From: a virus
IMG/VR virus record: IMGVR_UViG_3300045988_174665
DNA length: 64,000 nt
Reading direction: 5' to 3' (one strand)
Every line of letters starts with the position of its first letter. Position 1 is the first letter of the stretch. This document shows, in pieces, positions 40,072 to 48,633 of this stretch. The translations under genes and the position numbers were made by a program. Below the pieces are notes generated by a model. It ran no database searches. It saw only the letters and a list, made by a program, of their open reading frames with translations, and had not been told where the DNA came from.

Positions 40072-40704
40072 AAAATTTTTTATTTCAAATTCCCAGCTCT
40101 GTCAAATTTTAAGTTAAAATAAGCTGCGTTCAAATTTTCTTTATAATCACTGCCGCTGCAAATTTTTTTAATTGAAAAAAAGCTACGATTAAGACAAATT
40201 TTTTCTTCTTTAAAATTTCAGCAGGGAACTCTTTTTTTAGAGAAGTTGCTTTCATTTTTAACTTAAGAAAAAAACGCAAATTTTTTTGAAGGTCAAATTA
40301 ATTTTAAAGTCAAATTTCAGCTAGCGGCCCTAAGCTTTCTCTTCGATTAAGTCTAAATCCTTCCTCAGTTAGAACTCTAAAAATTTTTTAGGAGAAAAGG
40401 AAAAGAAAAAGATAACCAAATTAGCGTCAAATTTACGCTAAATTGACTATCTAAACTAAATTAATTATACTCTTTACTTTATTTATAAAGTTAAAGCCAA
40501 ATTAGCGTTAACTTTAAATTAAGATTAGATTATTTTTAAAGACTCAGCGGCCACAGTCAAATTCTTAAAGAAATCAACTTTTCAATATCGGAAAGTTTAG
40601 TCAACTTTTCTAAAGCGTCAAACTTCTTATCGTGTCAAATTTTAAGCCCGCAGCGGCAACTAATTTTAACTTTAATCTTAATTTGAAAGAAAAGAAAATT
40701 TGAC
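40022..40704. repeat. iteron field: at least 10 GTCAAA(T/A)TT boxes plus variants
   Basis: GTCAAA at 40022, 40039, 40101, 40292, 40309, 40426, 40556, 40617 and 40634. GTCAAT at 40056 and GTCAAC at 40600. Inverted copies near 40441 and 40696. No ORF in the region. Confidence 0.7.
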
Positions 40705-40956
40705 TTGGCGGCTTCACCTTTAAATTAAATTAATTCTTAAATTTTAGAAATTAAATTTTGATTTTTCTTTAAAAAACCACTATAATATATATAGAAAATA
40801 AAGAGAGAAGAAAGGAGAAAAGAAAAGGGAAAAAGAGGAGAAAGAAAATTTGAAAAAACCTCAAAAACCTTATATAATATAAGTGTAATAAAGAGAAAGA
40901 AAAGAAAAACTAATTTTAAAGTTGCCAACTACTAAGTGTTGGAGAAAGAGGTCTAT

Positions 40957-41316
40957 ATGACACAGAGAGAATTTTTCAACGCAATCGCAGAGAACGAAAC
41001 TTTGACTGAGGAAATGAGAGATTTCGCAAAGAATCAGATTGTTCTTCTTGATAAGAGAAATGAAAAGAGAAGAGAGGCAACTTCCCGAAAGGCAAAAGAG
41101 AACGCACCTATTATCGCCGCTATTCTTGAAACCCTTACAACAGAACCTCAGACAGCAGCGGAAATCGCCGAAGTTGTAGAAATCTCTACACAGAAAGCAA
41201 GTGCTCTTCTTCGTCAGCTTGAAGAAAAGGGAGAAATTTTGACAACTGAACTCAAAATACCGAAGAAGGGTAAGAGAAAATCTTACTTTATAGTAGAATC
41301 GAAAGAAGCCGATTAA
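40957..41316 (+). CDS. winged-helix (wHTH) DNA-binding protein, paralog B
   Basis: ORF 40936..41316. The ATG at 40957 follows GGAGAAAGAGG. Contains STQKASALLRQLEEKGEI. Lies between the two iteron fields. Confidence 0.6.
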   Translation: MTQREFFNAIAENETLTEEMRDFAKNQIVLLDKRNEKRREATSRKAKENAPIIAAILETLTTEPQTAAEIAEVVEISTQKASALLRQLEEKGEILTTELKIPKKGKRKSYFIVESKEAD

Positions 41317-41365
41317 GGCTTCTTTTCTTTTACGCTTTAAACGCTCCTTTGCGTTTTAAACGCTC

Positions 41366-41452
41366 TTATTATTATATTATTATTATAATATTATTATAAT
41401 ATTATTATACTATTTATTTTTTTATTTATTTTTTTATTTATTTTTAAAATTT
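41366..41452. other. nearly 100 percent A+T stretch (candidate DNA-unwinding element)
   Basis: 87 bp containing a single C (41410), built from ATT/TTA microrepeats and T-runs. Confidence 0.5.
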
Positions 41453-41486
41453 GATTTTCTGCGATTTTTGAGCCAGACACTCATAC

Positions 41487-41613
41487 CTATAAAATAACAC
41501 AACTATCTATCAAATAACCCCTATTCCTATAAATCAATACTCATACTTATAAAATAATACTCATACCTATAAATCAACACAATTATCTATAAATCATTGT
41601 TAACTTCTATAAA
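41487..41613. repeat. seven CTATAAA-type boxes at exact 20-bp phasing
   Basis: Boxes start at 41487, 41507, 41527, 41547, 41567, 41587 and 41607 (CTATAAA, CTATCAA, CTATAAA, TTATAAA, CTATAAA, CTATAAA, CTATAAA). Confidence 0.75.
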
Positions 41614-41706
41614 GAAACTAATCTTAATTTTTCTAGCCTCTTGCCGTGCCTCTTTATTGCTATGGGAAGGACTCTTACTCTAATAACTACCGAGGAATCG
41701 CCTAAG

Positions 41707-42190
41707 ATTTCTCTTTTTTTTTATTCTTTTTTCCTCTTTCATTTTCTTTTTATTCCTTTATTCTTTTATCTTTATTCTTCTTTATTATTATTCCTCTTAT
41801 TTATTATTATTATTATTATTATACTATTATTAACCTTCTCTCTCTCTTTTCCTTCCTTTTCTTTCCTTTTCTTTATTATTACTATTAAATTAATTTTCCT
41901 TATACCTTCTCCTTCTTTTCCTTATACCTTCTTCTTTTCTTTTCTTATTATTATACTATTATTATATTATACTATTTCTTCTTCTTTCCTCTTTCTTTCT
42001 TCTTTTTATTTTTATACTTATATTAATCCTTCTTTTTTATTTATTATTATTATATTATTATACTAATTTCTTTTCCTTTCTTTTTCCTTTTCTTCTCTTC
42101 CCTCTTTTATCTTATTATACTATTATTATATTATTATTATACTATTATTATAATTAATCTTATACTATTATTATAATAATATAATAATAA
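41707..42190. repeat. 484-nt G-free low-complexity tract (C-free on the minus strand)
   Basis: No G between 41706 and 42191 on the plus strand. The minus strand reads as repeated GTATAAT plus purine-rich leader-like runs (AAGAAAGGA...). ORF 41641..42066 is a low-complexity artefact. Confidence 0.8.
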
Positions 42191-42376
42191 GATAAATTCC
42201 TCCTTAATTCTCCTATAAGTAATCTTTTTCTAATAATCTCTCTAAAATTTTAAGAAATTTTATTCTGAGAAATTTTCTCTTCCTTTACCTTTTCTAACCT
42301 TAATCTTTTAATCCTAATCTTTAACTAAGTCGCCGCAAGTCTTTATAAATTTTATTATATAAAAAAGATAGACTAC

Positions 42377-42673
42377 TTAAAAGCCTATCTTTTTAACCTC
42401 TTTAGGAGTTGACGAGAGGAAGCTTTCCATTTTTAGCTCCCAATCATCTTCGTCAAAACTATAAAATTTTCTTTCCGTAATTGCCGCCATCGCTGTAAAA
42501 AAGCTACACTTAGGAAAGTCCCGTCTTACCTTATCCATTTCTCTTACCTCAACAGAATTTCCATTCCGAAAAGTTAAAACAAGCTCTTCCTTTCCGGCAA
42601 CAGAATGACTACCAAAATTTTTAATTCCTTCTGTTGAATATACCATTCCATTTACTTTAATAAACATTAGCAT
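42377..42673 (-). CDS. hypothetical protein
   Basis: 98-aa ORF followed by the hairpin AAGATAG/CTATCTT and a U-run (about 42362-42392). Confidence 0.45.
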   Translation of the reverse strand: MLMFIKVNGMVYSTEGIKNFGSHSVAGKEELVLTFRNGNSVEVREMDKVRRDFPKCSFFTAMAAITERKFYSFDEDDWELKMESFLSSTPKEVKKIGF

Positions 42674-42703
42674 CTTCCTTTCTTTTTATAACTATATTAA
42701 TTA

Positions 42704-43051
42704 CTATATATCTTCATCCAAATAAAATGATTGAGGCAGTCTCTTACTATAGTAAGCTCTTTTTCCATAAAGCACTTCCATATATCGAGATAAGTCAAAA
42801 CCTTCCTGACCTAAATTATACAACTTATCTCTAAAATAATGAAGAATTTTCTGCAAGTATTGTTCTCCAATTTCTTTTGATGCCGCACCGGTCACACCAA
42901 CTCTCAAACCATTATTTAAGAGAAGAATAATTGCATAAGGTTGTATAGCAATATCAAATCGCTCATAGTCCTCTTTATTAACTAAAACGACTTCGCCGCC
43001 GAGGACATTATCAACATTAAAGAAAACATTCCTTACTTTAACTACATCCAT
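42704..43051 (-). CDS. hypothetical protein
   Basis: 115-aa ORF with an AGGAG RBS. Confidence 0.45.
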   Translation of the reverse strand: MDVVKVRNVFFNVDNVLGGEVVLVNKEDYERFDIAIQPYAIILLLNNGLRVGVTGAASKEIGEQYLQKILHYFRDKLYNLGQEGFDLSRYMEVLYGKRAYYSKRLPQSFYLDEDI

Positions 43052-43106
43052 TTAACTACTCCTTTGAATTTTCGTTAATTAATTTGTAATAATATTTCAT
43101 TAAATA

Positions 43107-43272
43107 TCACTTACTATAAAACAATTTCGAATCCTTAATGGGATAATAAAATATTCGTCCATCAGCGGCTGTAATAAAGGTAGTTAAACCATAATAACCT
43201 TTTTACGACTGTTAAAATACCATTAATATCGTGAATTGTTTCTACAAAGTCTCCTATTGTGATTTCTCCCAT
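43107..43272 (-). pseudogene. small gene interrupted by a 1-nt frameshift in an A5 run
   Basis: MGEITIGDFVETIHDINGILTVVK continues as GYYGLTTFITAADGRIFYYPIKDSKLFYSK only if one A is removed at 43200-43204. GGAG RBS upstream. Confidence 0.3.
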
Positions 43273-43286
43273 TCTATATTACTCCT

Positions 43287-43493
43287 TTATAAATGCCTTA
43301 TTGCTTGGCTCTGAAAATTTAATACAACCTCATCCTTTATATCTATTACTTTTTGACAAGCTCTTTCTACCATTTTATAAGAATCGTAATTAGTGGTTTC
43401 AAATTGAATTTTATATTCTCCCTTTTCATTATCAATTTGAACTTTATATGATGTTCCCATTTGTGTCACCCCTATCTCAACATACTCCGACAA
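43287..43493 (-). CDS. hypothetical small protein
   Basis: 68-aa ORF. Confidence 0.45.
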   Translation of the reverse strand: MSEYVEIGVTQMGTSYKVQIDNEKGEYKIQFETTNYDSYKMVERACQKVIDIKDEVVLNFQSQAIRHL

Positions 43494-43855
43494 TGAAAAT
43501 ATATATGTTTTTTATAAATTTTTGCTCCACAAGGTTTGCCAATAACTTTATGGGGTCTTGGTAAAACTTCGTTATAATTTTTCTGGGCTTCGTCATAATT
43601 TTTCTGGACTTCATAGTACTTTGCCAGAGCTTCGCTATACTTTTCCAGAGCTTCACTACACTTTTTTAGAGCTTCACTACACTCTTTTAGAGCTTCATTA
43701 TACTTTTCTTGTGCAGTGGCGACATCCTGATTTACTTGTATTTTTTCTTTATACAGCTCTTCATATTGGTCAGCCAATACTTCTGTAGTATCTTTACCAC
43801 AATATTCCTCGATTTTTATAAAATCTGTAACTCTTATCGAAGTTTGCTCATTCAT
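43472..43855 (-). CDS. coiled-coil repeat protein
   Basis: Start set to MNEQTS (43855). Internal repeats KECSEALKKCSEALEKYSEALAKYYEVQKNYDEAQKNY. Confidence 0.45.
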   Translation of the reverse strand: MNEQTSIRVTDFIKIEEYCGKDTTEVLADQYEELYKEKIQVNQDVATAQEKYNEALKECSEALKKCSEALEKYSEALAKYYEVQKNYDEAQKNYNEVLPRPHKVIGKPCGAKIYKKHIYFHCRSMLR

Positions 43856-44016
43856 TTTTCTTCCTTTCCATCCATTTTTACGCCGCAACCAGGACATTCA
43901 TTAGGTATTGTCAAATGTGGTAATAATTCATACGGTTCTAAATAATGTCCACATTCAGAGCAATAATAATAATCTCCATCATAATCATAGTCTTTTATCC
44001 ATTCAGCCATTTTCAT
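43852..44016 (-). CDS. small Zn-ribbon protein
   Basis: CSECG...CPGCG motif. Resembles the C-terminus of the next gene. Confidence 0.45.
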   Translation of the reverse strand: MKMAEWIKDYDYDGDYYYCSECGHYLEPYELLPHLTIPNECPGCGVKMDGKEEK

Positions 44017-44233
44017 CGTCCTTTTTATCCATTTTTGCACCACAATAAGGGCAATATGGGTATAACGGATTATTCTTAGAATCTAAGAATAAGTAATTAT
44101 CACATTCTGAGCAACGATATTTGGTGTGCCATAAAGTTTTTCCAGTCGGTATCCACTTTCCGTGTTTAACTTGTTGAATATAGAGCCTGAAAAGTGCCTT
44201 ATCTGGCTCATTTTTTAACTCTTTTTCAATCAT
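44003..44233 (-). CDS. small Zn-ribbon protein
   Basis: CSECD...CPYCG motif. Start set to MIEKELK, which follows a GGGAGAG RBS. Confidence 0.45.
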   Translation of the reverse strand: MIEKELKNEPDKALFRLYIQQVKHGKWIPTGKTLWHTKYRCSECDNYLFLDSKNNPLYPYCPYCGAKMDKKDDENG

Positions 44234-44453
44234 TACCTTTACGCTCTCCCTTTTTCGGCACCAATTCACCAATGAGGTTTAAACCCTTGTAACACTCATC
44301 GCATAGATGTATTTTAACTTTTCTCTTACTTTCGATAGGAAATCGCAACCCGCTAAGACAATCAGTATCAACTCCTATATAAAATTCTTTCATTTTAACT
44401 ATGTAAGGATTTTCGATAATTTTGTAACAACTATCGCATTGGTAAATTTTCAT
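44226..44453 (-). CDS. small Zn-ribbon protein
   Basis: CDSC...CDEC motif. Confidence 0.45.
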   Translation of the reverse strand: MKIYQCDSCYKIIENPYIVKMKEFYIGVDTDCLSGLRFPIESKRKVKIHLCDECYKGLNLIGELVPKKGERKGND

Positions 44454-44651
44454 TTATTTCACTTCACTTTTCTTGTAGAACTCATATCTATTATCTTTAT
44501 TATCGTGCTTAAAAACTTTTACAAGGCTATCTACACTCATATTATTTACCCATATAGCATCGTTTGCTGCTCTATCGAGCAAAAAGATAGTTTCCCCACT
44601 CTTAATTCCATCAAGCACATCAGAATTACAAACATTTTCATACTTTATCAT
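44454..44651 (-). CDS. hypothetical small protein
   Basis: 65-aa ORF, translationally coupled to its neighbours. Confidence 0.4.
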   Translation of the reverse strand: MIKYENVCNSDVLDGIKSGETIFLLDRAANDAIWVNNMSVDSLVKVFKHDNKDNRYEFYKKSEVK

Positions 44652-44905
44652 TTGCTTTCACCGTCCTCGACACGCTGATTCCATTTTTCAGCGTACTGTC
44701 CAATATATCCGGTTTCTTCATCAGCATCTCCTGCAGGGATAGTAAACGGCATATCGAATTTATCAAGTATACAATTTTGTTCCGTATCTTCATGTTGGTA
44801 GTATTGATGAATAACTGTTTGCCCATATTTATTTACAAAAGAGTCTCTATGAAATTTCATTTCACTGCCGCAGAACGGACAAGATTTGAGTTTTAATTCA
44901 AACAT
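44648..44905 (-). CDS. Lar-like restriction-alleviation family protein (tentative)
   Basis: N-terminal LKSCPFCGSE and C-terminal AEKWNQR match the CPFCG ... WN.R pattern of Lar_restr_allev proteins, as recalled from memory. Confidence 0.45.
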   Translation of the reverse strand: MFELKLKSCPFCGSEMKFHRDSFVNKYGQTVIHQYYQHEDTEQNCILDKFDMPFTIPAGDADEETGYIGQYAEKWNQRVEDGESK

Positions 44906-45309
44906 TACTTTTCACTACCTCCAACAATCTGATTCCAACATTCAACACATTTGTTAGAATCTTTTTTGCAATCCTCTACGCTCATCAACCCTAATTTGCA
45001 ATTCTCTGCACTCATCAACCCTAAGTCATGAGGACACACATAGGAGGGCTTACCGTTGTTATCGAGAGGAATATTTGGATATTTCTCTAATAAATCCGTA
45101 AGATAAGTTTTTTGTGGGTGCGCATCACTCCACTGCTGAACGACTTCGATTGCTTTTTTGGGGTATTGTTCCTCGAAATCAAAACAAGTCATATTATCAG
45201 CACCATTATTGTCTTGACTAAGAGGGCACTTAGTACAACAGATTTGACAATTATTAGTCATCCTGCATTTTTCTTTTATAAAATTAGCCGTCTTACTACA
45301 ATCAATCAT
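44905..45309 (-). CDS. Cys-rich protein, tandem paralog 1
   Basis: Start set to MIDCSK by analogy with the paralog. Shares QQWSD.HPQKTYLT..L..YPN and 8 conserved Cys with 45302..45715. Confidence 0.5.
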   Translation of the reverse strand: MIDCSKTANFIKEKCRMTNNCQICCTKCPLSQDNNGADNMTCFDFEEQYPKKAIEVVQQWSDAHPQKTYLTDLLEKYPNIPLDNNGKPSYVCPHDLGLMSAENCKLGLMSVEDCKKDSNKCVECWNQIVGGSEK

Positions 45310-45715
45310 TTTCTTCACCCTCTTCATTGTTTTTAATAGGCAGATTCCAGCATTTTACGCAGTCACCGCCACAGTCATTATCTATTTCTTTCACTCCTAA
45401 GTCACATGGGATTACACCATCAGGTATTCCTCTTTCATCAAGAATAGCGTTTGGATAATGACTTAGAAATTCAGTTAAGTAAGTCTTCTGTGGGTGCGTA
45501 TCGCTCCACTGCTGTACAATTAAAATTGCTTGTTCAGGGCAGAGTACTTCAAACTCCCCACATGTCATCCTATCGGTTGCATCATTATTCCAACCACTCA
45601 GAGGGCAATCATGGCAATCAATTCCGCACTGATATATACCAGCACATACTTTACGCTTTTTTGTCATTCTTCGCTTCTCATTAAAATAGTTTTTAGCGAT
45701 ATTACAATCAATCAT
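45302..45715 (-). CDS. Cys-rich protein, tandem paralog 2
   Basis: 137 aa with CGIDCHDCP ... C.KCWN motifs. Confidence 0.5.
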   Translation of the reverse strand: MIDCNIAKNYFNEKRRMTKKRKVCAGIYQCGIDCHDCPLSGWNNDATDRMTCGEFEVLCPEQAILIVQQWSDTHPQKTYLTEFLSHYPNAILDERGIPDGVIPCDLGVKEIDNDCGGDCVKCWNLPIKNNEEGEEND

Positions 45716-45764
45716 TATTAATCTTCCTTTCCCTCAATAGAGCAACTGTCAAAATTTTAAGTAT

Positions 45765-46163
45765 TTATGCTCTACGCTTTCCATTCCAATCATATTTAGC
45801 AATCATATCTTGTGCCTTTTTAAATCTAACTTGTTGAGCTTTATATGTAGCAATCATATCTTGTGCTTTTTTAATTGCGTGTTTCTCATCTGGGGCATAA
45901 ACATAGACGCTGCAAACTTTACCTTTTCTATGCTTTATAATATTTCCTTTTCTGTTACATTCACTTATTTTTGCCGTATTATTAACAGGATTATATACCC
46001 AATGATAACATTCTTTTTTCCCATCCTCATATATTTCAATACGAGCATCACCCCAATTAGTGGAATAAGCTTCTTTATATCGTTTTGCTTTTTCGTAATT
46101 GGTTGTTGCTGTACAAATATGATAGTCTGAATAGTCTCCTTTTGTAATAATATAAATTTTCAT
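45765..46163 (-). CDS. hypothetical protein
   Basis: 132 aa with a C-terminal duplicated KKAQDMIA.Y motif. Confidence 0.45.
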   Translation of the reverse strand: MKIYIITKGDYSDYHICTATTNYEKAKRYKEAYSTNWGDARIEIYEDGKKECYHWVYNPVNNTAKISECNRKGNIIKHRKGKVCSVYVYAPDEKHAIKKAQDMIATYKAQQVRFKKAQDMIAKYDWNGKRRA

Positions 46164-47275
46164 ACTGTCCCCTTTTTGACTAACGATACAATTTTTTCTT
46201 TTGCCTCCACAAGCTCACCATATTCAAGCTTATATGGCGTATCTTCTTTAATCTTCTCTCCGTCAACTTGAACAGCTTTAAAATTAACAATATTCAGATT
46301 GCTATCTCTTTCAATTAATACAATTATAGAACCTTTCTTCCCTTTTGCGGTACTATCATTATCACCTACAATTACAGCGTTACTACCTCCTGCAAGCGTT
46401 GTACCACAATCGCCTAAAAGCTTAGCATTATTGCCGCCTACAAGTGTTGAACCGCAATCACCTACAAGCATAGCATTATATCCTCCTGTAAGTTCAGCAC
46501 AGAACTTACCTATAATTGTTGTATAGTCACCACCTGTAAGTATTGCACCATCGCCTCCTATAAGTTTAGCACCTTTGCCTCCTATAAGTTTAGCATAATT
46601 ATTACCCACAAGCTTAGTACGGTCGCCACCCACAAGCTCAGTCCAATCATCACCTACAAGTGTTGAATATTCATCACCTATAAGTTTAGCACCTTTGCCT
46701 CCTATAAGTTTAGCACTGCACCTGCCTACAATTGTTGCGTGGTCACCACCCACAAGCTTAGTGTTATTGTCTCCTACAAGCTTACTATTGTTGCCGCCCA
46801 TAAGCTTAGCACAATCACCTCCTACAAGGTTAGCGCAACTACCGCCCACAAGCTTGGCACAGGTGCCACCTATAAGTTTATCATTGTATCCACCTATAAG
46901 TTTAGCATAAGAGCCACCTATAAGTGTTTCATCATCTGACGCTTCTACATTAGATTTCATCTTCTGAGAAGCAAAATCAAGACTTGCATCAATAAACTGT
47001 GATAAACTTAGCTTTGAACCGATTTTTAACTTTTTTGTACAAAACTTTTCATTGTTATCTGTTTCAACACTGGATAACGCTTCAACTTCTGTAAATTCTG
47101 TAACATTACCTTTATAATCAATAAGATGATAATAGTCAAGTGTATCAATAGGGTTTTTACAAAAGTGCATCCCGCTTTTGCAAATTTCTGCATTATCTTC
47201 TTCAAATACGGTGTTTTCTTTATATACCTTATCCCTGCAAATTAATCCTTTTCTAAACGCTTTATAACCCTTCAT
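46160..47275 (-). CDS. octapeptide-repeat protein (.KL.GG.. periodicity) with a conserved N-terminal domain
   Basis: ORF 46160..47344 starts at TTG; the ATG at 47275 (MKGYKAFRKGL.CR...) is more likely. Contains about 28 consecutive 8-aa repeats (AKLIGGKG AKLIGGDG ...). Plus-strand ORFs at 46299-46939 are repeat artefacts. Confidence 0.55.
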   Translation of the reverse strand: MKGYKAFRKGLICRDKVYKENTVFEEDNAEICKSGMHFCKNPIDTLDYYHLIDYKGNVTEFTEVEALSSVETDNNEKFCTKKLKIGSKLSLSQFIDASLDFASQKMKSNVEASDDETLIGGSYAKLIGGYNDKLIGGTCAKLVGGSCANLVGGDCAKLMGGNNSKLVGDNNTKLVGGDHATIVGRCSAKLIGGKGAKLIGDEYSTLVGDDWTELVGGDRTKLVGNNYAKLIGGKGAKLIGGDGAILTGGDYTTIIGKFCAELTGGYNAMLVGDCGSTLVGGNNAKLLGDCGTTLAGGSNAVIVGDNDSTAKGKKGSIIVLIERDSNLNIVNFKAVQVDGEKIKEDTPYKLEYGELVEAKEKIVSLVKKGTV

Positions 47276-47376
47276 TGTATATATACACTCCTTTAAACTT
47301 TTACTATTCTTTTTGATAAATTTCTTACGGGCGTTACTTTTCAAATAAAATACTTAAATATTATCTTTCTTCCGTA

Positions 47377-47613
47377 TCACAGTTCAAAAATTCCTTCCAT
47401 AATAGCAATAACTATACCCAAACCGCCGCAAAGGCAATAAAAACCAACATTAAAAGGAACAATAAAACAAGAAGATAGAAATAGCATTATTCCGCCAAAA
47501 ATCGCCCAAATTACTATAAAGACAATTGTTTCAGCAAAAACCCTCTTAAAGAGTGAATTACTATGTAGTAATTCTGTTAAAAAATTTGAAATTGTTTTTA
47601 AAAAATCTTTCAT
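47377..47613 (-). CDS. small membrane protein
   Basis: 78 aa with two or three hydrophobic segments. Confidence 0.45.
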   Translation of the reverse strand: MKDFLKTISNFLTELLHSNSLFKRVFAETIVFIVIWAIFGGIMLFLSSCFIVPFNVGFYCLCGGLGIVIAIMEGIFEL

Positions 47614-47623
47614 ATAAATCTCC

Positions 47624-47947
47624 TTAATCTACAAATTGATAACTTACACTATGAACTTTATAACTACTTGGATAATTGTCAAGGTCAATTAAATATTCGA
47701 TATGATGAATAAATTTTTCTAACAATTCTTCTGCGTTATCTTTAACTACTAAAAACATATCCGTTTTTAAAGTTGTAAAAAATATTGTATCATTAGGAAT
47801 TTCTTCCATTTCAACGCTAGAAATTTCAATGATTTCTGGATACTTACCTAAATGAAATAAATACTCGATATGATGAGCAAATTTCTTAAAAGTTTCAATC
47901 GAATCTTTGTCAATACCAAGACAAATAGTAAGTTTAACATTCCTCAT
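47624..47947 (-). CDS. hypothetical protein with an internal duplication
   Basis: FKKFAHHIEYLFHLGKYP and LEKFIHHIEYLIDLDNYP halves. ATG at 47947. Confidence 0.45.
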   Translation of the reverse strand: MRNVKLTICLGIDKDSIETFKKFAHHIEYLFHLGKYPEIIEISSVEMEEIPNDTIFFTTLKTDMFLVVKDNAEELLEKFIHHIEYLIDLDNYPSSYKVHSVSYQFVD

Positions 47948-47988
47948 GGACCTTACTCTCACTTTCTTCTATATTATAAAAGATTTGC

Positions 47989-48552
47989 TTAAAGGTCGTT
48001 AGGAATAAAAGTTTCCTCAACCTCGTCATTGGGGCGGTCAGAATACATAATAATCTCATCCAAGGTTAACGGAGTATAATCAAAACCCTCCATCATACAA
48101 CCACAATTATAAGCATTTTTTAATCCCATTAAATTAAAACATTTTGCAACTCTTTCAGCTTCTTTAGAATTATGCACGTGACCATAAAGATGATATCCGC
48201 CGTAATGCATTCGGTTATAACTTAAAATTGGATAATGGCAAAGAACAACACTTCTACCATTATCAACCACCTCCAGATAAGAATGATATTCAACCTTTTC
48301 TTTTAACCACTTGCCATCGTGGTTGCCGCAGATTAAGATAATCTTTCCGTTTAATCGAGGAAGATAAGCAAGCATATCTTTTCTTTTCCAGAAGAAATCA
48401 CCAAGAACATAAACAGTATCTTCGGGACTAACTGCTTTATTCCAGTTCTGAACCAAGGTTTCATTCATTTCTTCTACTGAAGAAAAAGGTCTGTTATCAA
48501 ATTTAATTGCATTTTCGTGTCCAAAATGGAGGTCAGAAATATAAAAATTCAT
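47989..48552 (-). CDS. calcineurin-type metallophosphoesterase
   Basis: Motifs DLHFGH, GD, GNHD and GHVH in the canonical order. Confidence 0.75.
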   Translation of the reverse strand: MNFYISDLHFGHENAIKFDNRPFSSVEEMNETLVQNWNKAVSPEDTVYVLGDFFWKRKDMLAYLPRLNGKIILICGNHDGKWLKEKVEYHSYLEVVDNGRSVVLCHYPILSYNRMHYGGYHLYGHVHNSKEAERVAKCFNLMGLKNAYNCGCMMEGFDYTPLTLDEIIMYSDRPNDEVEETFIPNDL

Positions 48553-48587
48553 AAGTTTCCTCTTTTCTTTCTTTATTTTCTATATAT

Positions 48588-48616
48588 ATTATATAAAAAT
48601 TTTTTTAAAAAATCAA
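48588..48616 (-). promoter_or_regulatory. conserved promoter-leader (minus strand)
   Basis: TTGATT (48616-11), 17 bp, TATAAT (48593-88), then the leader atatatagaaaataaagaaag. Confidence 0.55.
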
Positions 48617-48633
48617 GCTTTTTCTTAAAATTT

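Noticed and set aside
41641-42066. 141-aa plus-strand ORF from the track.
   Set aside because: It is a pure low-complexity F/L/S/I translation of the G-free pyrimidine-rich tract, with no RBS. It is a composition artefact.
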